Positions 19,670 through 29,595 of a DNA stretch of 64,000 bases are shown here, one piece after another. The notes beneath the pieces were generated by a model. It did not search any database and was not told the origin of the DNA. It was given only the letters and a program-made list of their open reading frames with translations. Source of the DNA: Flavobacteriaceae bacterium (GTDB lineage Bacteria > Bacteroidota > Bacteroidia > Flavobacteriales > Flavobacteriaceae); assembly GCA_009886625.1 (NCBI GenBank), contig QXZA01000027.1:293-64292 (forward strand). The letters run 5' to 3'. A program made the position numbers and the translations under genes. The stretch's first letter is position 1. Each line of letters begins with the position of its first letter.

Positions 19670-21346
19670 TTACTCGGAATCTGTAACACAGCCTTCAGAA
19701 GCAGTTGCTACACTCTTAATATATTTATACAATACCCCTTGTTGAAATTTATAGGGTGGTTTTACCCAAGCTGCTTTTCTTTCTACTATTTCATCTTCAC
19801 TTAATGCCACACTAATCGTATTCTTTTCGGCATCAATTGTGATTTCATCTCCATCTTGAACCAGGGCAATGGTCCCTCCTTCTTGAGCTTCAGGTACGAT
19901 ATGTCCCACAACAAATCCATGGGTTCCTCCAGAGAAACGTCCGTCAGTGATCAAAGCCACGCTTTTTCCAAGACCTGCTCCCATGATGGCTGCAGTAGGC
20001 TTTAGCATCTCAGGCATTCCAGGCCCCCCTTTGGGTCCTTCATAACGAATAACAACAACCTCTCCTGCATTGACTTTTCCATCTCTGATACCGTCATTTG
20101 CCACATACTCTCCATCAAAAACACGTGCAGGCCCTTTGAACAAAAGACCTTCTTTACCTGTGATTTTTGCTACAGAACCGCCTGTTGCTAAATTTCCTTT
20201 CAAAATTCGAATATGTCCCGTTTCCTTGATAGGTTGATCAATGGGACGAATAACCTCTTGATTTTCTTTGAGACTTGGAACACTTGCAAGATTCTCGGCT
20301 AAGGTTTTCCCTGTAACCGTCATACAATCACCGTGTAACATTCCTTGTTCCAACATATACTTTAAAACAGCAGGAACACCTCCCACTTGGTGAAGGTCTT
20401 TCATTAAATATTTCCCACTAGGTTTCAAGTCTGCTAAAAAGGGAGTGCTATCGCTTATCTTTTGGAAATCATCAATGGTAAGATCAATTTGAGCTGCTTT
20501 GGCAATCGCTAAGAAATGCAGTACTGCATTGGTTGATCCTCCTAAAACAGCGATTAGGCGTAAGGCGTTTTCTAATGATTTTCGAGTGACTATGTCTCTT
20601 GGTTTTAAGTCGAGTTCCAATAAGTTTTTAAGGTGAGCTCCCAAGGCTAAACACTCTTCTTTTTTATCTTTACTTACTGCAGGATTGGAAGCATTATAAG
20701 GCAATGCCATCCCACAAGCTTCTATGGCCGAAGCCATGGTATTGGCTGTATACATTCCGCCACAAGCTCCAGCTCCAGGACAGGCGTTACGGATTACACT
20801 TTTAAATTCTTTTTCATCTATTTTTCCAGCTACTTTTTCTCCCCATGCTTCAAAGGCAGAAACCACATCCAACTCCTTATCGTTGTGACATCCAGCAGCA
20901 ATGGTACCTCCGTACACTAAGATAGAAGGACGGTTCAAACGTAACATTGCCATTAAAGCACCTGGCATGTTTTTGTCACAACCCACTACAGTGACTACCC
21001 CATCATAAGACATTGCTTGTACTACTGTTTCCACTGAATCCGCAATAACATCTCTAGAGGGTAATGAAAAACGCATTCCGGGAGTTCCCATTGAAATACC
21101 GTCACTAACCCCTATTGTATTAAAAACAAGTCCAACCAATGATTGCGCATTGATTCCTACTTTCATATCTTGCGCAAGCGCATTTAAGTGCATATTACAA
21201 GGGTTTCCCTCATAGCCTGTAGAAGCAATACCAATTAAAGGCTTTTGAAAGTCTTCATCAGTCATTCCAATAGCATGCAACATGGCTTGTGCTGCGGGTT
21301 GCGTTGGGTCTTGGGTAACTGCTTTGCTGTATTTGTTGAGTTCCAT
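19670..21346 (-). CDS. ilvD: dihydroxy-acid dehydratase
   Basis: 558 aa with CDKNMPG, the GMPEMLKPT loop and [13 protein letters not shown]. Confidence 0.96.
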   Translation of the reverse strand: MELNKYSKAVTQDPTQPAAQAMLHAIGMTDEDFQKPLIGIASTGYEGNPCNMHLNALAQDMKVGINAQSLVGLVFNTIGVSDGISMGTPGMRFSLPSRDVIADSVETVVQAMSYDGVVTVVGCDKNMPGALMAMLRLNRPSILVYGGTIAAGCHNDKELDVVSAFEAWGEKVAGKIDEKEFKSVIRNACPGAGACGGMYTANTMASAIEACGMALPYNASNPAVSKDKKEECLALGAHLKNLLELDLKPRDIVTRKSLENALRLIAVLGGSTNAVLHFLAIAKAAQIDLTIDDFQKISDSTPFLADLKPSGKYLMKDLHQVGGVPAVLKYMLEQGMLHGDCMTVTGKTLAENLASVPSLKENQEVIRPIDQPIKETGHIRILKGNLATGGSVAKITGKEGLLFKGPARVFDGEYVANDGIRDGKVNAGEVVVIRYEGPKGGPGMPEMLKPTAAIMGAGLGKSVALITDGRFSGGTHGFVVGHIVPEAQEGGTIALVQDGDEITIDAEKNTISVALSEDEIVERKAAWVKPPYKFQQGVLYKYIKSVATASEGCVTDSE

Positions 21347-21538
21347 AGCTTTTATTGTTAATCAAATTTAGATATGTTTATTTTTTACAAGAGAAAACAG
21401 CTGTGCTTACTCTTATATTCAACCCTTAACAAAAGAATACAAAGAGCTGATTATCAGTGCTTTTTAATTAATAATTTAATACACTCAATCCCCCTAAAAA
21501 GCTAGTCGCTTTTTCATTAACTTTACACAAAAAGAAAA

Positions 21539-22930
21539 TTGAAAAATAGTACCCCTGCTTCCATAGAAAACATAAAAGAAAAACAGCTGATTTTTTTTAA
21601 GGATTTCAAAACTCAAGATGTAAAGATCAGAATTCAGCATCTCAAGAAACTAAAGAGAGTTTTAGAGGAAAGAGAAGAAAGTCTATTTGAAGCCTTATAT
21701 CAAGATTTAAAAAAACCAGTCTTCGAATCCTTCACAAGTGAACTCTTAATGGTTCAAAAAGAATTAGACCTCCACATTAAAAATATTAAAGAGTGGGCTG
21801 CTCCAAAGCGAGTTTCAGGAAGTTTGATCAATTTTCCTTCCCAGGATTATATTCTTTCTGAGCCCTATGGTACGGTCTTGCTAATTTCGCCTTGGAATTA
21901 TCCTTTTCAATTGGCGATGATTCCCTTAATAGGGGCAATTGCAGCTGGAAATACAGCAGTGCTAAAACCCTCTGAATCTGCACCCCATACCGCACAAATT
22001 ATTGAAGAAATCGTCAGTGAGGTTTTTCCTCCAGAGTGGGCTATAGTAATACAAGGAGATGAGAAAGTAGGTGCTGCCTTGTTAAAAACACAATGGGATT
22101 ATATTTTCTACACTGGAAGTACAGCCGTAGGAAAAATTGTTGCAAAAGCTGCCGCAGAATTTTTAACTCCTACCACACTGGAATTGGGTGGAAAAAGCCC
22201 CTGTATTGTGGACGGAACAGCACCAATACAAAAAACAGCTCGACGTATTGTTTGGGGTAAATTTTTAAACTGTGGACAAACTTGTATTGCTCCAGATTAT
22301 GTACTCGTTCAAAAGGAATACAAAAATGCATTGGTTGCCGCTATGATTGAAGAGATTGAAAAAGCCTTTGGAAAAAATGCGAAGAACTCAAAAGATTACG
22401 GAAGAATCATCCACCAAAAACATTTTAAAAAACTGGAAAAAGATCTGGACAAACAAAAGCTACTCTTTGGAGGTGAAAAGGACAAGGACGAACTTTACTT
22501 TGGTCCTACCCTAGTAGAGGAACCTGCATTAGACAGTAGCTTACTTGTGGATGAAATTTTTGGTCCTATTTTACCTGTTTTAAGCTATACTACTGAAAGC
22601 AACATCGATTTTATTTTAACAAAACTTAAGAATCCATTGGCATTTTATCTGTTTAGTACCAATCGAAGTTTTATCAACACAATGATCCAACGGTATTCTT
22701 TTGGAGGAGGAGTGATCAATGATGCCATTATTCATTTTACGAACGACAAACTTCCCTTTGGAGGAATTGGAAATAGCGGTATGGGTGCCTATCACGGAAA
22801 GCATAGCTTTGAGGTTTTTACTCATGCTAAACCCGTTGTAAAACGTTCCTTTTGGTTTGACCTTCCCCAACGCTATGCGCCCTATCCTAAGTCATTAAAA
22901 GCATTAAAATTTTTATTGAAAAAAATCTAA
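21539..22930 (+). CDS. aldehyde dehydrogenase, class 3-like
   Basis: ELGGKSPCIV (Glu) and NCGQTCIAPDY (Cys). About 460 aa, typical of class 3/fatty aldehyde dehydrogenases. TTG start according to the track. Confidence 0.8.
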   Translation: MKNSTPASIENIKEKQLIFFKDFKTQDVKIRIQHLKKLKRVLEEREESLFEALYQDLKKPVFESFTSELLMVQKELDLHIKNIKEWAAPKRVSGSLINFPSQDYILSEPYGTVLLISPWNYPFQLAMIPLIGAIAAGNTAVLKPSESAPHTAQIIEEIVSEVFPPEWAIVIQGDEKVGAALLKTQWDYIFYTGSTAVGKIVAKAAAEFLTPTTLELGGKSPCIVDGTAPIQKTARRIVWGKFLNCGQTCIAPDYVLVQKEYKNALVAAMIEEIEKAFGKNAKNSKDYGRIIHQKHFKKLEKDLDKQKLLFGGEKDKDELYFGPTLVEEPALDSSLLVDEIFGPILPVLSYTTESNIDFILTKLKNPLAFYLFSTNRSFINTMIQRYSFGGGVINDAIIHFTNDKLPFGGIGNSGMGAYHGKHSFEVFTHAKPVVKRSFWFDLPQRYAPYPKSLKALKFLLKKI

Positions 22931-22932
22931 GC

Positions 22933-23661
22933 ATGAAAGAGAAAACTGTATCTGAAGCTGTTGCCTACAGAAGATCAACTAGAGTTTACGATCCAGAAAA
23001 GCCCATTGATAGTGAGCTTGTTAAAGAATGTATTAAACACGCAAGTTTAGCCCCTACAAGTAGTAATTTACAGCTTTGGGAATTTTATCATATTACCTCC
23101 GAAACCCAAAAGAAAGAAATAGCTGCTGCATGTTTCAATCAACCCGCTGCAAAGACAGCCCAACAAATGGTGATCCCTGTTGTCCGAATGGATCTTTGGC
23201 CAAAGCGTGTCGCAGCCAATATTGAATTCATCAAATCAGGTTTTGCCAAAAACAAGGTAACCGATCCTAAAACACAAGAACGCGCTTTGTATTATTACAA
23301 AAAGATGATTCCTCATTTGTACAGAGGAGGAACTCCCATTCGAGGGTTTTTGATGAAACTGTATATGACTTTTAGAGGATTAAGGAAAATCACCTACCGT
23401 GAAGTGAGCGCTTCGGACCTAAGGGTAGTTGGGCATAAAAGCATAGCACTTGCATCACAAAACTTCATGATGAGTATGGCTGCTAAAGGCTATGATACCT
23501 GTGCAATGGAAGGATTTGATTCTAAAAAATTAAAACAAATCCTAAAACTTCCCGCAGCGGCCGAGATCAGTATGGTCATTAGCTGTGGAATCCGAAAGCC
23601 TGATGGCATCTATGGAGAACGCTTCCGTATTCCTTTTGAAGAAGTGTATTTTGAGCGATAG
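22933..23661 (+). CDS. nitroreductase family protein
   Basis: AYRRSTRVYD...SLAPTSSNLQLWEFY is the typical N-terminal FMN-binding signature. Confidence 0.7.
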   Translation: MKEKTVSEAVAYRRSTRVYDPEKPIDSELVKECIKHASLAPTSSNLQLWEFYHITSETQKKEIAAACFNQPAAKTAQQMVIPVVRMDLWPKRVAANIEFIKSGFAKNKVTDPKTQERALYYYKKMIPHLYRGGTPIRGFLMKLYMTFRGLRKITYREVSASDLRVVGHKSIALASQNFMMSMAAKGYDTCAMEGFDSKKLKQILKLPAAAEISMVISCGIRKPDGIYGERFRIPFEEVYFER

Positions 23662-23815
23662 TATTCTATAAAATTAATTTACTTAATAATTTTCAGGCTT
23701 TCTCAACCTAAAAATTTCACTTTACAAGATTTTTTTACCCTTTCCATAAAAAAATGGGGAAGGTTTTATTTGTTTCTTTTTTATTTTAAAAAGGTACTCT
23801 AAACTTACTGTACCC

Positions 23816-24204
23816 ATGCTAGCTCGAGTCCTACTCTTTTTGGTGTTATTTATTTCATTCCCCTTTTTATTATCTGGCAGTGTAGTGGAAATTTATATTT
23901 CAAAGATGGAGATACCTATGGAAATCCTGCTCGAACTGCTTTTCAAAGTTATGCTCCTGCGGGTTATGTCTAAAATGCCAATGATTGTAATGATAATGAT
24001 GTAACTCTTCACATCAATACCCTTTGGGCATTAGATCAAGACAGAGACGGTTTTTGGGCGGCAGGCGTTCTAATTGAAATCCTAATTACCTATGGTACAG
24101 AAGATCACTACAATAAAGCAGTAACCTTATTTAACCAAAAGAAAAATCCCCAACTGAAAATAACTCCTTCAAAAAAAGGATTAGGAGTTGTATTTAATTT
24201 TTAA
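23816..24204 (+). pseudogene. decayed gene for a secreted protein with a MopE-like putative metal-binding repeat
   Basis: Signal peptide MLARVLLFLVLFISFPFLLSG is in one frame. The next frame reads ...YFKDGDTYGNPARTAFQSYAPAGYV*NANDCNDNDVTLH...DQDRDGF..., so the gene needs a frameshift and contains an in-frame TAA. It ends at TAA 24202-24204. Confidence 0.45.
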
Positions 24205-24292
24205 ATCTCAAATTAACTTAATGAAAAAAAATATTTTAATTTAGTTTATAATATAAACCACTTTATATTTGTTAAAATCAAAACCAATTCAA

Positions 24293-24865
24293 ATGAAAAC
24301 AACCAATTTTACTCCAGAAGAAAGCTTCCAACTCATTGATTCTGTGATTCAAAAGGCAAAGAGTCGTTTTGAAGAAAATGGAATTCCCTTTATTTTATGG
24401 GGAGTGATCATTGCACTTTGCAGTTATGCTCAGGCATATATGATCTCTGTAAACATGAGCAGAGAAAGCTGGTACCCCTATCTTATCATGCCTTTTGTAG
24501 GTATAGGCCTTATTATTTATTATTATAATAAAAAGAAGAACAGTACTCCCAATCCTTTAGCATCAATCTATGGTCGTTTATGGCAATTTGTAGGATTAAA
24601 CATTATGCTTATTGCTTTTGGGTTCAATGGTTATTTACAAAACAATTTAGTCCCAATTATTTTATTATTGATGGGTATTGCAACTTTACTTTCAGGAAGT
24701 TTTATCAAAAGTAAAGTCCTCTTTTTTAGCGGATTAATTATTAACACTAGTGCTTTTATTTCTTTTTTCCTCAGCTGGGAGCAACAACCACTTTTAATGG
24801 GAACGGTAAGTATCTTTGCGCTATTGATCCCAGGAATTTTATTACGTCTAAATCACAAGAAATAA
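24293..24865 (+). CDS. membrane protein of unknown function (about 5 TM)
   Basis: Hydrophobic helices throughout. The stop is 1 nt before the start of the HTH gene. ATG 24293 (MKTTNFTPEE) is preferred over the track's TTG 24269. Confidence 0.5.
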   Translation: MKTTNFTPEESFQLIDSVIQKAKSRFEENGIPFILWGVIIALCSYAQAYMISVNMSRESWYPYLIMPFVGIGLIIYYYNKKKNSTPNPLASIYGRLWQFVGLNIMLIAFGFNGYLQNNLVPIILLLMGIATLLSGSFIKSKVLFFSGLIINTSAFISFFLSWEQQPLLMGTVSIFALLIPGILLRLNHKK

Positions 24866-24866
24866 A

Positions 24867-25163
24867 ATGTATAAAAATCTGGACCCCTTATTGCATTCAC
24901 CTTTGCGTCTTGCCATAGTTTCGCATTTAATGACCCACACCAAATCTAGTTTTAAAGAATTAAAACAAAATACATCAGCAAGCGCGGGAAATATTAGTGT
25001 TCAGCTGAAAAAATTAGAAGAAGCAAATTATCTTCGTATCGAAAAAAGTTTTTTGGACAACTACCCGCTCACTCAAGTGAGTTTGACGAAAAAGGGAATC
25101 AAAGCCTTTGAGGCATATGTTGAAGCATTAAAAAATATATTATTTAAAAACCTACTACTATGA
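24867..25163 (+). CDS. small winged-helix transcriptional regulator
   Basis: 98 aa. LHSPLRLAIVSHL...FKELKQNTSASAGNISVQLKKLEEANYLRIEK is a winged-HTH pattern (ArsR/HTH_34-like). Confidence 0.65.
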   Translation: MYKNLDPLLHSPLRLAIVSHLMTHTKSSFKELKQNTSASAGNISVQLKKLEEANYLRIEKSFLDNYPLTQVSLTKKGIKAFEAYVEALKNILFKNLLL

Positions 25164-25888
25164 AATTGATTTCCCTTCTACTGTGCATTTCACTAACAGG
25201 CATAAGCCCACAAAACCAAGAGAAAAAAACACTACAGTACGCGATAGAGCAGGCTTTTAGAACTTGTATAACGACTAAAAGCGATCAGCCCTTAAAGGAA
25301 TTGGTAACTATCTTGACCCGGGATTTTGAACAAGAAGACATAATTTCGACTCGATATTGGCTATCTTATGCCTATTACTATCAAGCCCTATTCGCTGGAG
25401 AAATCAATAAAAATGAAAAAAGGGCTGAACACTTAATCGATACAGCGACCTCTCTTTTAAAACCTTCAAATACAGATTCAGAAAGTTTAGCATTACTCTC
25501 GCTACAGACAGGATACAGCATTCGTTTTAAAAGCTACTTCTCCATGATGAACTTAGGTCAAGATTCCAAAGAATATGCAAAAAAAGCACTGGAAATCAAT
25601 GCTAATAATTTACGTGCCTATTACGCCTTAGCATTAAATAATTTCTACACTCCAAAAGTTTTTGGAGGCGGTTCAGAAGTAGAATTTTATCTTAAAAAAG
25701 CGCTTTCCTTGACCGAGACAAACATAGCAGAAAATCAACCATTCTGGGGAAAAGAAAGTGTGTATGAATTACTTATTAAGCATTATCAAAAAGAAGAAAA
25801 AGAGAGTTTAGCCAATAAATACTTGACCGAAGGTTTGGAGTTATTTCCTGATAGCAAACTACTAAAAGGCTTGAAAAAAATTCTTTAA
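25160..25888 (+). CDS. secreted helical-repeat (TPR-like) protein
   Basis: Signal peptide and repeated A/Y-rich helical hairpins (YALALNNFY..., ALSL...). ATGA overlap with the regulator gene. Confidence 0.45.
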   Translation: MKLISLLLCISLTGISPQNQEKKTLQYAIEQAFRTCITTKSDQPLKELVTILTRDFEQEDIISTRYWLSYAYYYQALFAGEINKNEKRAEHLIDTATSLLKPSNTDSESLALLSLQTGYSIRFKSYFSMMNLGQDSKEYAKKALEINANNLRAYYALALNNFYTPKVFGGGSEVEFYLKKALSLTETNIAENQPFWGKESVYELLIKHYQKEEKESLANKYLTEGLELFPDSKLLKGLKKIL

Positions 25889-25922
25889 AACAACAAACGC
25901 TCAGAGGGCAAAAACAGCACTC

Positions 25923-26027
25923 TCCAAGCCATCCCTCACGATCCAAACTTCGGTATTGAATGGCCTCAGCGATATGGCTTTGCGTCACTGCCTCCTCCCC
26001 TTCCAAATTGGCTATGGTACAGCATAT
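25923..26027 (-). pseudogene. remnant of the last ~33 codons of a YifB/ComM-family Mg-chelatase-like ATPase gene
   Basis: The minus strand reads [35 protein letters not shown]. The TIA(D/N)LEG...H(I/L)[11 protein letters not shown] motif is the conserved extreme C-terminus of this ~500-aa family. An in-frame TGA sits just upstream and no N-terminal body is present. Confidence 0.65.
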
Positions 26028-26058
26028 TCAAAAATAGTAGTTGCAGTGTATGACCCTG

Positions 26059-28029
26059 CTAAAAAGAAATAAATTGTGCTTTAGGCGAAGATGCATTGTT
26101 CTTTAATCCTTGCTCTAACCACTCCTTATATGTTGCTGTGTCCGTGTATTGAATAGGCACATTCAAAAGAGTCCCATCAAAAGTCATTTGCACATAAAAA
26201 GGTTGTGAAGCAGTCTGGAAATTTATGGCTTGGAAGGTTGCCCACTTTTTTCCTACAGTGTTGATTCTTTTGATTCTTCCATCAGAAAATTGGTAGTTAA
26301 ACTGCTGTTCTTCTTCCAGGGTTTTTCTGTCGTCCACATATAGAGAAATGATAATATAGTTTTCGTTTAATAAAGCATACACCGCTGGATCAGACCAAAC
26401 ATTTTCTTCCATTTTTCGACAGTTTACACACGCCCATCCAGTAAAATCTAGGAGGATAGGTTTATTCGCAGTAATTGCTTTTTCCAATCCTGTCTCATAA
26501 TCTTTATAGCATTCTAAACCTAGAGGACAATCAGACGCTGTGGAGTGGATACTGTAAAATTCAGGGGGTGGAAAACCGCTCAATATTTTTAATTGATTCC
26601 CCTCAGAAATCAAACTGTTAACAAGAAAAGAAGTGAATAATAAACTAAATACTGCAAAGATTCCTCTAGCGACTCCCAATTTTTGTTTTACTTCATGTTT
26701 AAACCTGAAGACACCAAAAAGGTAAAGTGTTAATAGGAAGGATATCAATGTCCAAATTCCAATAAAAACCTCGCGTTTCAAGAGATCCCAATGCGCAACT
26801 AAGTCTGCATTAGACAAGAATTTTAATGCCAAGGCCAATTCTAAAAATCCTAGGACAACCTTGACAGTGGTCATCCATCCTCCAGATTTAGGTAAGGCTT
26901 TAAGGGTGTTGGGAAACAACGCAAACAAACCAAAAGGAAGACCTAAAGCAATTCCAAATCCTAACATACCTGTACTAAGTTGCATGGCTCCACCATCTGC
27001 AGTCAACGATCCAGCCAATAATGACCCTAAAATAGGTCCCGTACATGAAAAAGAAACAATGGCTAATGTTAATGCCATGAAAAAGATCCCAACTCCCCCA
27101 TTGAAGCCTGAAGCTTGATCGGATTTATTCCCCCATTGAGAAGGGAGGCTTAATTCATAAAATCCGAAAAAAGAAAAAGCAAAAAAGACAAAGACACCAA
27201 AAAAGATCAAATTTAAAGTGACATTAGTAGCTATGGTATTTAAAATTTCAGGATTTAGAGAATCTAAAAAATGAAAAGGTAAACTCAATAAGCCGTAAAT
27301 AAGGACTATAAAAAAAGCATACAACAAGGCATTATACACCCCTCTTCTTCTTGTAGTGGCTTGTTTTAAAAAGAAAGAAACTGTAAGTGGAATCATTGGA
27401 AAAACGCAAGGAGTCAACAAGGCCAATAAACCTCCAATAAACCCTAAAAAAAAGATGTTCCAATTGGATGTAGGATCTTCGCTAGAAAGTTCTGTTGCTA
27501 AAAATTCCGTCTTTTTTAAATCAAGTTTTAATGCTTTGGATAATTCTTGACTTATAGCATCTGTGGTCAGTAATTTATTATCAACCGTCCCGTCTAATGA
27601 AAAAACAAAAGTTTCGGATCTAAAAATACAAAGTTTATCATCACAGGCTTGATAATTCAATTCAACGGAAAGGCTTCTTAAAGTCTCATCTTCCAAAACA
27701 ATTTCTTGACGAAAGTTCGCAGAATCATTGAAATAGGTCAGGTCCATTTCAAATACCTTATCATAATCGGTAATAGAAAGACTTTCTTCTACCTCCCCTA
27801 TCCTTTTATACCCCTGGGAATCAAAGACAAATTCAGTGGGTAGCGCTCCTTGGTCATTTGAAAACTGTGAATATAAGTGCCAATTAGAAGCAATGGTTGC
27901 ATTAAACACTAGCACAAATCGAGTGTCATCTAACTTTTCAAGCTGCGTCTCCCAAACTACAGGCTCCTTATCCAGTTGGGCGTTTACAAAAACACTCCAC
28001 ATAAAGAACAACATCCATTTCAACTTCAT
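26059..28029 (-). CDS. dsbD: thiol:disulfide interchange protein DsbD-like (N-domain, CcdA-type TM core, C-terminal thioredoxin)
   Basis: TM cysteines in LTPCVFPMIPL and SFSCTGPILG, and C-terminal CxxC in GWACVNCRKME. Confidence 0.85.
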   Translation of the reverse strand: MKLKWMLFFMWSVFVNAQLDKEPVVWETQLEKLDDTRFVLVFNATIASNWHLYSQFSNDQGALPTEFVFDSQGYKRIGEVEESLSITDYDKVFEMDLTYFNDSANFRQEIVLEDETLRSLSVELNYQACDDKLCIFRSETFVFSLDGTVDNKLLTTDAISQELSKALKLDLKKTEFLATELSSEDPTSNWNIFFLGFIGGLLALLTPCVFPMIPLTVSFFLKQATTRRRGVYNALLYAFFIVLIYGLLSLPFHFLDSLNPEILNTIATNVTLNLIFFGVFVFFAFSFFGFYELSLPSQWGNKSDQASGFNGGVGIFFMALTLAIVSFSCTGPILGSLLAGSLTADGGAMQLSTGMLGFGIALGLPFGLFALFPNTLKALPKSGGWMTTVKVVLGFLELALALKFLSNADLVAHWDLLKREVFIGIWTLISFLLTLYLFGVFRFKHEVKQKLGVARGIFAVFSLLFTSFLVNSLISEGNQLKILSGFPPPEFYSIHSTASDCPLGLECYKDYETGLEKAITANKPILLDFTGWACVNCRKMEENVWSDPAVYALLNENYIIISLYVDDRKTLEEEQQFNYQFSDGRIKRINTVGKKWATFQAINFQTASQPFYVQMTFDGTLLNVPIQYTDTATYKEWLEQGLKNNASSPKAQFISF

Positions 28030-29333
28030 ACTACTGTAATTAATAAGGCTTTTTTAGTGTTTTTAGTTGCTATAAATCTTCTGTCACAACGTTTTCCAAT
28101 CACCCAAACAATTTTATTTTCGGAACATAAAAGCCATTGTTGTTCTTTTTCTAAAAGAGAATATTTTTCGTCTTTAAAAAATTTACTAAGCAATTTTTTA
28201 CCTTTCATTCCGGTGGGGTAAAAATAGTCGCCTTTAATGGATTTTCTTAATGAAAGTGGTTTTTTTAACATCCTCTTATCAAGTGCGGCCTGATGTGATC
28301 CCCAAGTCTCTTTTTCCTTAATTTCAATGGATTCACTGCTCAATTGAATAGGAAGGTCTAGGTTGTTCTTTAAAGGATCAAATAAAAATTGGTTATTTTC
28401 TTTCGAATGAAGTAAAGAAAGGGTGATACATGATCGATCTCGAATCAAACGATGCGAGGCAGAATAGATTACTTTTCCACTTTCTGATTCCATTAGTTTG
28501 ACAACTTCTTTTGTGTCGAAACCGAAGGGAGCAAACCAATGATGTAAACAAAAAGGCAAAGAAGGTAACTTCTCCAACTCTTTAATGTCAATACCAAGGG
28601 ATTTTCCTGTGTTTTTAAACAACTTATTTTTTTGAGTTTCTAGAGATTCTAGAATAAAATCATTTGCTAGATCGAGATGATCCAAGGTAGCTTGAAAGTT
28701 TTGTAAAGCATTTGGAACTACCTCTTCAATAGCAGGAATCACCTGATGTCTGATCGCATTTCTTAAATAGGCATTACTGGTATTGGACTGATCTTCTCGC
28801 CATGAGATCTTTTCTGCCTCAGCATATAATATGAGCTCTTTTTTAGGTATCTTTCTAAGAGGACGTAATAAAGTCTCCTTTTCTTGGATTCCTAATAAAC
28901 CTGAAATTCCTGTTCCTCTAGTAGTATTAATCAAAAACGTTTCTAACTGATCATTCAAATGATGCGCCGTAAGCAAAAAATCAAATTCATATACCTCCAT
29001 AAGGGAGTAAAACCAATCATACCTGAGATCCCTTGCTGAAACCTGAGTGCTTTTTTTATAAAATTCTTTATGAATTTCAGTAGCGAACTTGACACAAAAA
29101 AAAGGGATTGAATGTTCTCTACACCAAGCCTCAACAAATTTCATATCGGCTTCACTTTCACTGGCTCTAAGTTGGAAATTACAATGCGCCACAGAAAAGT
29201 TTAATCCTTCCTTCAACAAAAGATGAGCTAGCACGCTACTGTCAGGGCCCCCGCTATGGGCTAGCAACAGTCGTTTTCCTGACAATCTAGTGTGATCAAT
29301 ATTCAATTTGTTTAAAAGCTCCTTTTTCACCAT
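28026..29333 (-). CDS. tilS: tRNA(Ile)-lysidine synthetase
   Basis: PP-loop LLAHSGGPDSSVL, ~435 aa, 4-nt overlap with dsbD. Confidence 0.9.
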   Translation of the reverse strand: MVKKELLNKLNIDHTRLSGKRLLLAHSGGPDSSVLAHLLLKEGLNFSVAHCNFQLRASESEADMKFVEAWCREHSIPFFCVKFATEIHKEFYKKSTQVSARDLRYDWFYSLMEVYEFDFLLTAHHLNDQLETFLINTTRGTGISGLLGIQEKETLLRPLRKIPKKELILYAEAEKISWREDQSNTSNAYLRNAIRHQVIPAIEEVVPNALQNFQATLDHLDLANDFILESLETQKNKLFKNTGKSLGIDIKELEKLPSLPFCLHHWFAPFGFDTKEVVKLMESESGKVIYSASHRLIRDRSCITLSLLHSKENNQFLFDPLKNNLDLPIQLSSESIEIKEKETWGSHQAALDKRMLKKPLSLRKSIKGDYFYPTGMKGKKLLSKFFKDEKYSLLEKEQQWLLCSENKIVWVIGKRCDRRFIATKNTKKALLITVV

Positions 29334-29399
29334 ACAAAGGTAAACATTAGTCTATCAATTGAATAGCTTTTCAAAAAATGCGCTTTTTTAATTATTTTT

Positions 29400-29430
29400 T
29401 TTGTTGTGTAAAAAAAATACCGCATTTTTG
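29400..29430 (+). promoter_or_regulatory. candidate Bacteroidota sigma-A promoter for the arg operon
   Basis: TTTG (29400-29403), a 19-nt spacer, then CATTTTTG (29423-29430), compared with the consensus TTTG-N19-21-TAnnTTTG (one mismatch). Confidence 0.3.
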
Positions 29431-29436
29431 CAGTCT

Positions 29437-29595
29437 GATGTTTAAAACAGAGATAAATAGTAATACCAAATACGCAACTATACTTCCGTTGCGCAGCTTT
29501 CCACGCCGCCCCGTAGGGGTGTAATTTTATATGGAGTATGGTGTGCCCTTCTCCCTTCTCGAACCAAATATTTTTTCTCTTATTACTTTTTTACA
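29437..29595 (+). promoter_or_regulatory. candidate structured 5' leader of the arg operon
   Basis: A GC-enriched island in an AT-rich spacer. It has hairpin CGCAAC-N9-GTTGCG (29473-29493), hairpin CGCCCC-gta-GGGGTG (29507-29521) followed by aattttat, and a 22-codon uORF (29531-29599) whose TGA overlaps the GNAT ATG. Confidence 0.3.

Noticed and set aside
21347-21538. Possible leader-peptide attenuator upstream of ilvD.
   Set aside because: The only small ORF is MKKRLAF, which is not Ile/Val/Leu-rich. The candidate hairpin (CTGA-taa-TCAG plus flanks) has only about 4 solid base pairs. There is no convincing terminator/antiterminator pair.
23816-24004. The 62-aa track ORF taken as a real gene.
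   Set aside because: Only the first ~20 codons (the signal peptide) look genuine. The rest is an out-of-frame read-through of a decayed repeat-protein gene.
25776-26006. The 76-aa minus-strand track ORF taken as a real gene.
   Set aside because: Only its first ~28 codons are meaningful (the yifB/comM C-terminal stub). The rest is an antisense read-through into the TPR gene.
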